Assembly: GCA_001002325.1 (NCBI GenBank)
Contig: LCNZ01000001.1
Span: 67,773-131,772 of the forward strand
Reading direction: 5' to 3'
Length of the DNA stretch: 64,000 nt
DNA from: Candidatus Amesbacteria bacterium GW2011_GWB1_47_19
GTDB lineage: Bacteria > Patescibacteriota > Microgenomatia > CAZETR01 > Amesbacteraceae
Shown here piece by piece: positions 1 through 8,356 of the stretch. The position numbers were made by a program, and so were the translations under genes. The stretch's first letter is position 1, and every line of letters begins with the position of its first letter. The notes under the pieces are model-generated. The model was not told the origin of the DNA. It saw only the letters and a program-made list of their open reading frames with translations, and ran no database searches.

Positions 1-1
1 G

Positions 2-427
2 ATGATAAATAAAGTGTTGATACTCAAGGGATTACCGGCGAGCGGGAAGACGACGTATGCGCTAGAATTGATGGCGAAATCCCCGGGAAAATATATACGG
101 GTAAGCAAGGATGAAACCAGGGAAATGATTTATGGTAAACGATGGACCAAACAGGGTGAACCGCTAGTATTGGCAATCAGGGATGAAATAATCAAATTAG
201 CTTTAAAAGAAAAGAAAGATGTAATAGTAGACGATACTAATTTAAATCCGTATCACATAAAAAGAATTAATAAGATTGTCGGAGATAAAGCAGAGATGGA
301 AATTGTGGATTTTACACAGGTGTCGGTTGAGGTATGTATTGAGAGAGATAAGCAACGTGACCGGTCGGTAGGAGAGAGAATAATTCGAGAAATGCACCTC
401 AAGTATGTAAAATCGGCTGATGATTGA
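2..427 (+). CDS. P-loop kinase / AAA_33 family (T4 polynucleotide-kinase-like kinase domain)
   Basis: Walker A GLPASGKTT near the N-terminus, DVIVDDTN and CIERDKQR motifs typical of PNK-like kinases; lies at the window edge. Confidence 0.75.
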   Translation: MINKVLILKGLPASGKTTYALELMAKSPGKYIRVSKDETREMIYGKRWTKQGEPLVLAIRDEIIKLALKEKKDVIVDDTNLNPYHIKRINKIVGDKAEMEIVDFTQVSVEVCIERDKQRDRSVGERIIREMHLKYVKSADD

Positions 428-1187
428 TGTGCATTGTCATCTCACTGATGAAAAGTTTAAGGGTGAGATAGGGGAAATTATTGTTAAAGCCAGGGGGGCG
501 GGGGTGAAGGCTATGGTAAATAACGCGGGGAATTTAGAGGAAAGCCGAAGGGGCGTGGAACTGGCGGAGAAATATGAGGAAGTGTGGACGACCGTCGGGA
601 TACATCCCGACGAAATTTTCAATTTACAATTTTCAATTTACAATCAATTACTTAATTTAACAAATCACAAAAAAGTTGTGGCTGTGGGTGAGACAGGGTT
701 GGATTTCAGGAACGGAATAACGGGAGAGGAGAAGGAAAGACAAACAGAACTGTTCAGGTGGAACCTGGAACTGGCCAAGGAAGCCGGTCTACCGGTGGTG
801 GTGCATTGCAGAAATGCTTTTGCAGAAGTATTTGAGATTGTTGAAAGCGCCGGTATAACCGGACAGATGCATTGTTTTACCGGGAGTATGGATTGGATGA
901 ATAAATTTGCGGATGCGGGTTGGTATATCAGTTTCGGGGGAATTATCACTTTTAAAAAAAGCCGGGAATTAAGAGAGGTGGTCAGGGCGGTACCCGAAGA
1001 TAAGATTCTCATTGAAACGGATGCGCCTTATCTGTCTCCGGAGCCGGTAAGAGGGGAAAGGAACGAACCGGCAAATATAGTAAGAGTTGCGGAGGTGATT
1101 GCCGAAGAGAGAGGGGTGACTTTGGACGATGTGTGCCGGTTTACAGCGACAAATGCGGTAAGATTGTTTAGTAAACTAAAGTTATGA
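420..1187 (+). CDS. tatD: TatD family hydrolase/DNase
   Basis: IDVHCHL, VGIHP, VGETGLD, HCR, HCF and ETDAPYL motifs. Confidence 0.95.
   Translation: MIDVHCHLTDEKFKGEIGEIIVKARGAGVKAMVNNAGNLEESRRGVELAEKYEEVWTTVGIHPDEIFNLQFSIYNQLLNLTNHKKVVAVGETGLDFRNGITGEEKERQTELFRWNLELAKEAGLPVVVHCRNAFAEVFEIVESAGITGQMHCFTGSMDWMNKFADAGWYISFGGIITFKKSRELREVVRAVPEDKILIETDAPYLSPEPVRGERNEPANIVRVAEVIAEERGVTLDDVCRFTATNAVRLFSKLKL
614..650 (+). repeat. In-frame heptamer tandem tract (AATTTWC)x4-AATCAAT inside tatD
   Basis: AATTTTC/AATTTAC/AATTTTC/AATTTAC then AATCAAT; encodes IFNLQFSIYNQ. Confidence 0.85.
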
Positions 1188-2647
1188 CCAGAAGAAGAGT
1201 GATGGAAATCGTACCGGGATTTATTTCCTGGAATATGATTTTGTTTTTGGTGTGGGGAGGTTATTTTTTCCCGATATTTACATCTTATTTCATCCTGGCT
1301 TTCGATGTTTACTGGGTGTACAGAGGGCTATCACTAACGGTGGCGGCAGTGTTGTCTCATTTCCGGATGCGGGCAACTGAAGCTACTGATTGGATGCGGG
1401 AGGTAAGAGGTTTCGGAGACTGGGAGAAGGTACGGCATGTGGTGATGATCATGGTGGCTAATGAACCATTGGATGTGTATACGCGGACGGTCGAAGCCCT
1501 GACCGTGCAGACTTTTCCATTAAAACAGATTGCCGTGGTGCTGGCGACGGAAGGGAGATATCCGAGGGGAAATGCCGATTGCGAGATTCTGAAAAAAAGA
1601 ATGGGGGATAAATTCGGAGAATTCTTAATTACCGTACATCCGGCTGATATTGCCGGGGAGATAAAAGGCAAGTCCTCCAATGAAGCCTGGGCTTCCCGGG
1701 AGGCGAAAAGAATTCTGGTAGATGAAAAGGGATGGGATATCCAGTTTATGACGATCACTTCCAATGATGCAGATGCCATACTGCATCACCAATATTTTGC
1801 CTGTATGACATTTAAATTCCTGGATGATCCCAACCGCTACGAAAGATTTTGGCAACCGGCTATTGTTTTTTATAACAATATTTGGAGGATTCCAGCACCT
1901 ACCAGAGTAATAAATACGTTGTCCAATGTATGGCAAATAAGCCTGCTGTCACGTAAAGACAGGTTGGTAAACTTCTCCAATTACACAGCCTCGCTGGTAA
2001 TGATTGACAAGATCGGCTATTGGGATGCGGATGTCATTCCCGAAGATTACCGGGTGTTCTTTAAGGCGTTTTTCAAGTTGGAGGGCAGAGTGGAAGTGGA
2101 ACCCATCTTTTTGTCTTCCAGCGCAGACGCCGCAGAATCGATAAGTACCTGGAAAACTTTCATAAACGACTATGAACAGAAAAAGAGGTGGGCTTGGGGG
2201 GTGTCCGACCTGCCCTTGTTTGCGGAGATGTATTTCAAACAGCCCGGTGTATCGTTCCTGAATAAAACACTGAGAATGATCAGGGTGGCGGCGGATCATC
2301 TGTTGTGGCCGGTGAACTGGTTTATTATCACCGTAGGAGTCTCCATAGTGACGCTGGTAAACCCGGTGTTTAAAAGAACTGCCTTGGGGTACATGCTGCC
2401 CAGAATATCGTCCGGAATCCTGACTGTGACTCTGGTGTTTTTGGCGATATTGCTAATAGTGGAATTACGGTCACGCCCTCCCAGACCGAAGGACATACCA
2501 AAGTGGCGAGTGTGGCTGACTCCCCTGGAGTTTGTACTGATGCCGGTAGCCGGATTTTTTTTCAACGCGCTACCGGGATTGGATGCGCATACCCGGCTGA
2601 TGCTGGGCAAGTATATAGAGTATCGGGTCACCGAAAAAGTTAAATAA
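1184..2647 (+). CDS. Membrane-bound glycosyltransferase family 2
   Basis: KGKSSN, DADA (DxD), IPED and QKKRW (QxxRW) motifs with flanking TM helices. Confidence 0.85.
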   Translation: MTRRRVMEIVPGFISWNMILFLVWGGYFFPIFTSYFILAFDVYWVYRGLSLTVAAVLSHFRMRATEATDWMREVRGFGDWEKVRHVVMIMVANEPLDVYTRTVEALTVQTFPLKQIAVVLATEGRYPRGNADCEILKKRMGDKFGEFLITVHPADIAGEIKGKSSNEAWASREAKRILVDEKGWDIQFMTITSNDADAILHHQYFACMTFKFLDDPNRYERFWQPAIVFYNNIWRIPAPTRVINTLSNVWQISLLSRKDRLVNFSNYTASLVMIDKIGYWDADVIPEDYRVFFKAFFKLEGRVEVEPIFLSSSADAAESISTWKTFINDYEQKKRWAWGVSDLPLFAEMYFKQPGVSFLNKTLRMIRVAADHLLWPVNWFIITVGVSIVTLVNPVFKRTALGYMLPRISSGILTVTLVFLAILLIVELRSRPPRPKDIPKWRVWLTPLEFVLMPVAGFFFNALPGLDAHTRLMLGKYIEYRVTEKVK

Positions 2648-2690
2648 CCAGTCAGTTGATAGTTCCCGCTAATTAGTAAATAATTGATTT

Positions 2691-4157
2691 ATGGCAGGCA
2701 GCCTAGAAAAGTGGGAAAGGAAATGGGGGTGGCTGGTGCTGCTTTTAGCGGTGGTGCTGTGTCTGAGACTGCCGAGCTTATTTGAACCATACTGGTACGG
2801 AGACGAAGGAATATATCTGGCAGTCGGCAGGGCGATAAGAGCGGGAGCGCATCTGTATAGCGGAGTTCACGATAATAAGCCCCCTTTTTTGTACCTGGCG
2901 GCGGCCTTGGCCGGGGGCAGTTTATTTTGGTTTAAATTCATAACCCTCACATGGAGTCTGATGACGATTCTGGTGTTTACCAAGCTGGCGCAAAAAGTAT
3001 TTACCGAAAGGTCCGGGGTTGTTAAGACTGTGGTGTGGGTCTTTGCTCTACTGACGGCCATTCCCATCTGGGAAGGAAACATCGCCAATGCGGAGCTGTA
3101 TTTTCTGCTGCCGACGATGGGGGCAGCTTATCTTCTGTGGAATAAACATCCGGATCTTAAAAAAATATGGTGGGCTGGTGTATTACTGGGCCTGGCAGGG
3201 TTATTTAAAATGCCGGCAATTCTGGAGGCCGGAGTATGGCCGGTGGTGTGGCTAATAGGACACGAGGAAAGGCGGGGATGGTGGCGAAAGAGCCTGGTTT
3301 TGGCGGCTGGAGTGGCCGTACCGATAGGGGTAAGCATTTTGTATTACGCAGCGGCCGGGGCAGGCAAGGAGTATTTTGCGGCAGCCTGGGCTCAAAACCT
3401 GCCATACCTCTCGACGTGGAAAGCCGGCGGGGGGAGTGGTATCTACTCACTGGGCGGGAGACTGGCGGCAGGAGTGCTGTTGATGATACCCCTAGTTATA
3501 AAGTATAAGAGCCTGGGAAGAAAAGGGGGCATAATTGCCGTGTGGGGATTGATAACGCTTTTTGCCTCTCTATTATCGGGAAGACCATACCCCCATTATT
3601 TGCTGCAGATGGCAGGTGTGGTGGCCCTGGCAACTGGACTGCTGATCAGAGGAGAGAGGGCGGAAAAGGCGATAGCCGGGACTTTTGGGGTGCTGATTGC
3701 GGCGGCTTTTATCGCTTTTAAATTCTATGTTTATCCGGTTACCGGGTATTACGTTAATTATGCACAATGGGTAACCGGGGTAAAAACAAAAACAGAGTAT
3801 TTCGGGTGGTTTAACCCCCAGGTCAACAGAAATTATGAAATTGCGGCGGAAATTATGGCTGGAAGTACACCTCACGACCGGGTGTTTATCTGGGGTGATG
3901 AACCCATGATTTATCCTATGGCGAAAAGATTGCCTGCGACTAAATATATTGTGGAGTACCATATCAAGGATTTTAAAGGTTTTAGAGAGACCATCTACAG
4001 TTTGACCGAACAACCGCCGAAATATATTGTCAGTTTCGGTTCTGAGGAGGAGCTGCCGGGACTGGCGGAGCTGTTGGGAAGAAAATACAAGACTGAGAAG
4101 ATGGTGGGGAATGCAAAAATATTCCGGTTGTCGGCCGTGGTGAGCTGGGAAAGGTAA
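2691..4157 (+). CDS. GT-C superfamily (PMT/ArnT-like) polytopic glycosyltransferase
   Basis: YGDEGIY and DNKPP loop motifs, ~10 TM segments, PYPHYL, C-terminal soluble domain. Confidence 0.8.
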   Translation: MAGSLEKWERKWGWLVLLLAVVLCLRLPSLFEPYWYGDEGIYLAVGRAIRAGAHLYSGVHDNKPPFLYLAAALAGGSLFWFKFITLTWSLMTILVFTKLAQKVFTERSGVVKTVVWVFALLTAIPIWEGNIANAELYFLLPTMGAAYLLWNKHPDLKKIWWAGVLLGLAGLFKMPAILEAGVWPVVWLIGHEERRGWWRKSLVLAAGVAVPIGVSILYYAAAGAGKEYFAAAWAQNLPYLSTWKAGGGSGIYSLGGRLAAGVLLMIPLVIKYKSLGRKGGIIAVWGLITLFASLLSGRPYPHYLLQMAGVVALATGLLIRGERAEKAIAGTFGVLIAAAFIAFKFYVYPVTGYYVNYAQWVTGVKTKTEYFGWFNPQVNRNYEIAAEIMAGSTPHDRVFIWGDEPMIYPMAKRLPATKYIVEYHIKDFKGFRETIYSLTEQPPKYIVSFGSEEELPGLAELLGRKYKTEKMVGNAKIFRLSAVVSWER

Positions 4158-4176
4158 AGGGATATATAATTGGGAA

Positions 4177-4527
4177 ATGGATAAGGGATCCTGGGAACAA
4201 GCGATGGTGAGGCTGACCGGTTGGAATTGGATGGTACTGGCAGGTGTCGTTGCGGCCGGATTGGGGATCGGGGGTTTTTTCGGAAGAGAGATTCCTCCGG
4301 AAGTCCCTTTGTGGTACAGCCGGCCGTGGGGCGGGGAGCAGCTGGCAAAACCGGTGTGGTTGATTTTACCCATACTGCTCTCGGCAGGTGTGGGGTTGGG
4401 GATTCAACTGATCGCCTGGCGACTAAAATCAGAGCCGGTGCTGGCAACTATAATTCTAGCGGGAGGTATTGTGGGACAGTTGATACTGGGGTTGGGGTTA
4501 TTGCGAATAGTACTTTTAGTAACCTGA
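4177..4527 (+). CDS. Small membrane protein (VPLWYSRPWG motif, DUF1648-like)
   Basis: Three hydrophobic helices; sits in the operon between the GT-C and WecA-like genes. Confidence 0.65.
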   Translation: MDKGSWEQAMVRLTGWNWMVLAGVVAAGLGIGGFFGREIPPEVPLWYSRPWGGEQLAKPVWLILPILLSAGVGLGIQLIAWRLKSEPVLATIILAGGIVGQLILGLGLLRIVLLVT

Positions 4528-4528
4528 T

Positions 4529-5617
4529 ATGGAAATGTGGGGAGGCGGCTTCTGGGCACCCCTAATTGTTGCAGGGGTGGTGTCGTATTTGGCAAGCAAG
4601 CTGATGGTGAAATGGGGAGACAGGCTGGGTATTGTTGATGATCCCAAGAAACATAAACTGCCCAAGGTAGTACACGAATACCCGGTACCGCGAGGAGGCG
4701 GAATTCCCATATGGGCCGCTTTGCTGGCAGGGATAGTAATCTTTTTGCCTACCAACGGCCGGGTATGGGGTTTGGCGGCGGCAGCGACGATTTTGGCGAT
4801 AACCGGTTTTTTGGATGATAAATACGAGGAAAGAATTTCGCCATTTGTACGATTGGGTGTGAATATTCTGGCGGCGTTGGTGGTCATAGGAGTGGGTATC
4901 GGGATTGCTTACATCACCAACCCATGGGGAGGGGTATTCCGCCTGGATATACCACAATGGTGCCTGGGAACGCATTGCATTTGGATTTTGGCTGATATTT
5001 TTGCCCTGGTATGGCTGGTGTGGATGCAGAATATTGTGGGGTGGAGTACCGGGGTGGACGGGCAGATGCCGGGGTTTGTGGTAATCGCTGCAGTCACGAT
5101 AGCAGTAATGGGGCAGAGGTTCTCGGGAGACTTTTCACAATGGCCAGTGGTGACGTTGGCGGGAATCACGGCCGGAGCATATCTCGGGTTTCTGCCATGG
5201 AATTTCTATCCCCAAAAAATTATGCCCGGTTACGGCGGGAAAAGTATGGCGGGATTTTTACTGGGAGTACTGGCAATTATGTCCGGCGCCAAAGTCGGTG
5301 CCATGGCCCTGGTGCTGGGTGTACCGTTTGTGGATGCTTTTTGGGTAATCATCAAGCGGTTGAGAGAAGGAAGGCTGCCAGTCTGGGGAGGACGGGAACA
5401 TCTGCACCATTATCTGTTGGGCTTAGGCTGGGGGAAGAGAAGAATTGCCTTGTTTTACTGGGCCATGTCTTTAGTATTTGCTCTGGCGGCATTGCAATTG
5501 AATAGCCGGTCCAAGTACTTTACAATGGCGGCAGCAGCTTTGGTGCTGACAGGAGCTGTTTTATGGTTGCAAAAATGGTCGACTTACTCAAAACAGCCAG
5601 ACCGCGACAGTGGGTGA
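4529..5617 (+). CDS. MraY/WecA-family polyprenyl-phosphate N-acetylhexosamine-1-phosphate transferase
   Basis: PVPRGGG, GFLDD, GVDG, FLPWNFYP, HLHH motifs. Confidence 0.9.
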   Translation: MEMWGGGFWAPLIVAGVVSYLASKLMVKWGDRLGIVDDPKKHKLPKVVHEYPVPRGGGIPIWAALLAGIVIFLPTNGRVWGLAAAATILAITGFLDDKYEERISPFVRLGVNILAALVVIGVGIGIAYITNPWGGVFRLDIPQWCLGTHCIWILADIFALVWLVWMQNIVGWSTGVDGQMPGFVVIAAVTIAVMGQRFSGDFSQWPVVTLAGITAGAYLGFLPWNFYPQKIMPGYGGKSMAGFLLGVLAIMSGAKVGAMALVLGVPFVDAFWVIIKRLREGRLPVWGGREHLHHYLLGLGWGKRRIALFYWAMSLVFALAALQLNSRSKYFTMAAAALVLTGAVLWLQKWSTYSKQPDRDSG

Positions 5618-6510
5618 AAAACCTGACTCTGTATGCGGCACTGGTGTTTACCGGGAATATATACTCGACCCAGGTGTGGATTAATGACTTCTGGAAAGTA
5701 ACCGGTGCAGTGGTGGCCTTTACTGTTGTAGCCAGTGCGATATATTTTCTTAACGATCTGATGGATGTCAAGGCCGACCAGGCACATCCTTTTAAACGCA
5801 GGCGACCAATTGCTTCGGGCAGAATCAGCAGGCAGACGGCGCTGGTCGTTTTCGGGATGGGGACCATAATCGGGTTGTGGTGGTCTTACCTATTGTCACC
5901 ACTGTATTTGACGATTGTCCTGGGTTACTGGGGAATGCAGGTATTGTATTCGCTGTGGCTGAAAAATCTAGAGGTGGTGGATGTATTTGTCATTGCGTTG
6001 GGCTTCTTTTTGAGAGTGTTTGCGGGTGCGATAGTGATTAATGCTCATTTATCAATCTGGTTTTTGCTGTGCGTGATTTCCACTTCGCTATTTCTGGCTG
6101 TGGGTAAAAGAAGGGCGGAAATGGCAATACTATCCCAACAGGGGGCAACTCTACACCGGAAAGTAATGGGTAAGTACTCTCCGGATATTTTGGATACATA
6201 TTTATCCATGTTCTCAACTGCAGCGTTTTTGTCCTGGGCTTTGTTTACCTTTAATTTTTACGAACAGATCAGCCCCGCTGTAACTCCCGCGAGTCTAGTC
6301 TTAATTTCCCGGACGTTGACAATTAACAAATGGCTGATGGCTACAATTCCGGTAGTGCTGTTCGGAATAATGAGATATATAAGGATAATTTATGACGGAG
6401 CCAGGGCAGAAACTCCGGAGAGAGTGATTTTGAAGGATGTGCCCTTGTTGGTGTCGGTATTAATTTGGGGGGCGATGGTGGTAGGGGTGCTGTATATGGG
6501 ACCCCGTTAA
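5563..6510 (+). CDS. UbiA-family decaprenyl-phosphate phosphoribosyltransferase-like protein
   Basis: RPRQWVKN, NDLMDVKAD, HPFKRRRPIASG, YSLWLK, KRRAE motifs; start could be 5575. Confidence 0.9.
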   Translation: MVAKMVDLLKTARPRQWVKNLTLYAALVFTGNIYSTQVWINDFWKVTGAVVAFTVVASAIYFLNDLMDVKADQAHPFKRRRPIASGRISRQTALVVFGMGTIIGLWWSYLLSPLYLTIVLGYWGMQVLYSLWLKNLEVVDVFVIALGFFLRVFAGAIVINAHLSIWFLLCVISTSLFLAVGKRRAEMAILSQQGATLHRKVMGKYSPDILDTYLSMFSTAAFLSWALFTFNFYEQISPAVTPASLVLISRTLTINKWLMATIPVVLFGIMRYIRIIYDGARAETPERVILKDVPLLVSVLIWGAMVVGVLYMGPR

Positions 6511-6546
6511 TAAAATGTCTAATTACTAATTTCTAAACCAAGTCTT

Positions 6547-7452
6547 CTATTCAAATTTTTGGGCGTATTGGGAAGAGATCCAACCGGAAGTGGTAGATGA
6601 AAGGTCAACTTTGATCTGATACCAGTCTGACTGGACTCCCAACAATGGGAAGGCCTGGCCGGGTTTGACTTGGCCGATTTCACCGGCCAATTTGGACGGG
6701 GAGGACCGGACGCGGAGGAAACCGGTGGGGGTGGAGGCAATCAGGACATAGGGTTTGGCCAAGGTCGGGGGAGGAGAAGATTTGACACGAGGAGTGGGGG
6801 AAAGCCTGCCGGTAGGTGTGGCCGAGGGGGTAGCGGAAAGTGTGGGTGTGGGGATCAGAACCGTCTGGTCATTCAAGGCTGAGAGTTTGACGTTGATGGT
6901 GAGACGGAAACCGGCGACAGCCTTGGCTGTGGTGGTGCGCGAGGCAAAACCGGGTGCGGAAAAAACCAGCTGGTGGTCTCCAGGAGCGACTGAATCAACC
7001 GTCAGGGGAGTGAAGCCCTGGGGCTGTCCATCCAGAACTACGGAGACTGATTCCGGACCGGAGCTGATAACGGTCAGGCCGGAAGTCTTTGTGGATTGCG
7101 GCTGAAGACTAATAATTTCGCCCGCAGACTGGGCTTCCGAAGTGGCAAATTCGCGCTTGATGACAGTAAATACCTGATTGGTAAGCCGAACTTTGGTTTC
7201 GTAGGCGGATAGTGACGTAGAAACTGAGTCGGGAATGAGTTTGACGGTCACTTCACCAGGCTTGAAAGTATTTTCGAAAGGGGACTGTCCTACCTGAGCA
7301 TTGTCGATAAAGATTGTGGCTGTGGGAATGGTTTCGATTTTGAGGCCGGCGGTAGGCTTACGGCTTTTGAGAAAGACGACGGTTACGAAGGCGGCCACAG
7401 TACCCAGTCCCGCAAAAATAAAAATCATGGCGACGACCTTTTTAGGTGACAT
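6547..7452 (-). CDS. Membrane-anchored PEGA-domain protein with Pro/Thr linker and C-terminal SH3b-like domain
   Basis: N-terminal TM, two PEGA-like units (IDNAQVGQSP; LDGQPQGFTP), LRVRSSP...WYQI...GWISSQY; start 7452 chosen from the upstream TGGTATTAT box. Confidence 0.8.
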   Translation of the reverse strand: MSPKKVVAMIFIFAGLGTVAAFVTVVFLKSRKPTAGLKIETIPTATIFIDNAQVGQSPFENTFKPGEVTVKLIPDSVSTSLSAYETKVRLTNQVFTVIKREFATSEAQSAGEIISLQPQSTKTSGLTVISSGPESVSVVLDGQPQGFTPLTVDSVAPGDHQLVFSAPGFASRTTTAKAVAGFRLTINVKLSALNDQTVLIPTPTLSATPSATPTGRLSPTPRVKSSPPPTLAKPYVLIASTPTGFLRVRSSPSKLAGEIGQVKPGQAFPLLGVQSDWYQIKVDLSSTTSGWISSQYAQKFE

Positions 7453-7484
7453 AAGGCGGATAATACCATAAAATCCACCAGTAT

Positions 7485-8204
7485 TCATCGCTCGGTGAGT
7501 TGGCACTGATAGCTGGTATAAGTTTGGTATTTTCGCTGTAAGCGTGGGGCGGCTTCAAGTTGACGATAGAGATATGAGAGTATTTGCATCGCTTTGTGAC
7601 CAGAGTATCTAATTTGATAGGCACCATTACCAGAATTTATCTTTACCGGAAAATCTAATATTCTAATTACGTTAGCTAATTTCTGTGAAAGCTTTTCCAG
7701 AAAGATACGGCTTCCGCATGTGAATATTAAATGAATTCTTGGCTTATTTTTATTTCCATTAGAGACGTATATGCAACCATCACCGTCAAGATAGCCTCTG
7801 ACAAGAAAGGGTAAATATTCTTCCGATATTTCAGGAAATCTCATTCTTAATGATTTACGGGGGGTAACTCCCAGATTGATTAAGTCCTGAAACATCAGTT
7901 TGTTACCAATTCTGAGGTTGTATGTATCTTTGCTGAAAATTTTCTGTTCATGGAAGATGGTATATCTTGCAGGACGTTTATAAATTTGATGGGTTGAATG
8001 AAGTATTTCTTTTATATTTTCGAGATATGGTTTTTCTATGCTGGTCAGTGAGATGTAGCACGTTCTTGAAGATTTTCTGACATCTTCGATTGCACCGTCT
8101 GCCAAAATTAATCCTAAAACATAGGCCATGGAGGGCGACCACTTTTTAAAGAAATTTTCGTTTACTTGTTTACGGTTGTATCCGCTCCTACGGTCTATAA
8201 ACAT
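7485..8204 (-). CDS. Free-standing two-motif LAGLIDADG endonuclease-like protein
   Basis: AYVLGLILADG and FLVRGYLDGDG motifs, LGVTPRKS; visibly more AT-rich than its neighbours. Confidence 0.9.
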   Translation of the reverse strand: MFIDRRSGYNRKQVNENFFKKWSPSMAYVLGLILADGAIEDVRKSSRTCYISLTSIEKPYLENIKEILHSTHQIYKRPARYTIFHEQKIFSKDTYNLRIGNKLMFQDLINLGVTPRKSLRMRFPEISEEYLPFLVRGYLDGDGCIYVSNGNKNKPRIHLIFTCGSRIFLEKLSQKLANVIRILDFPVKINSGNGAYQIRYSGHKAMQILSYLYRQLEAAPRLQRKYQTYTSYQCQLTER

Positions 8205-8282
8205 ATCTATTAAAATATGACCGAATATAATGCGAATATCAAGAAGGATTTGAGGTTGATCGTGGTAAAATCAAGCGTAATC

Positions 8283-8356
8283 GGCCAGATACCCAAGCAG
8301 TCTAAGGGGCTCGTCTGCAGAACGAGTATTCGCGGGTGCAAATCCCGCTCTGGCCT
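8283..8356 (+). tRNA. tRNA-Cys(GCA)
   Basis: Acceptor GGCCAGA/TCTGGCC, anticodon arm CTCGT-CTGCAGA-ACGAG, T arm GCGGG-TGCAAAT-CCCGC, U discriminator; CCA not encoded; TGGTAAAAT box upstream. Confidence 0.93.

Noticed and set aside
7485-8356. LAGLIDADG as a tRNA intron ORF
   Set aside because: tRNA-Cys is complete and on the opposite strand; no convincing half-tRNA flanks the ORF
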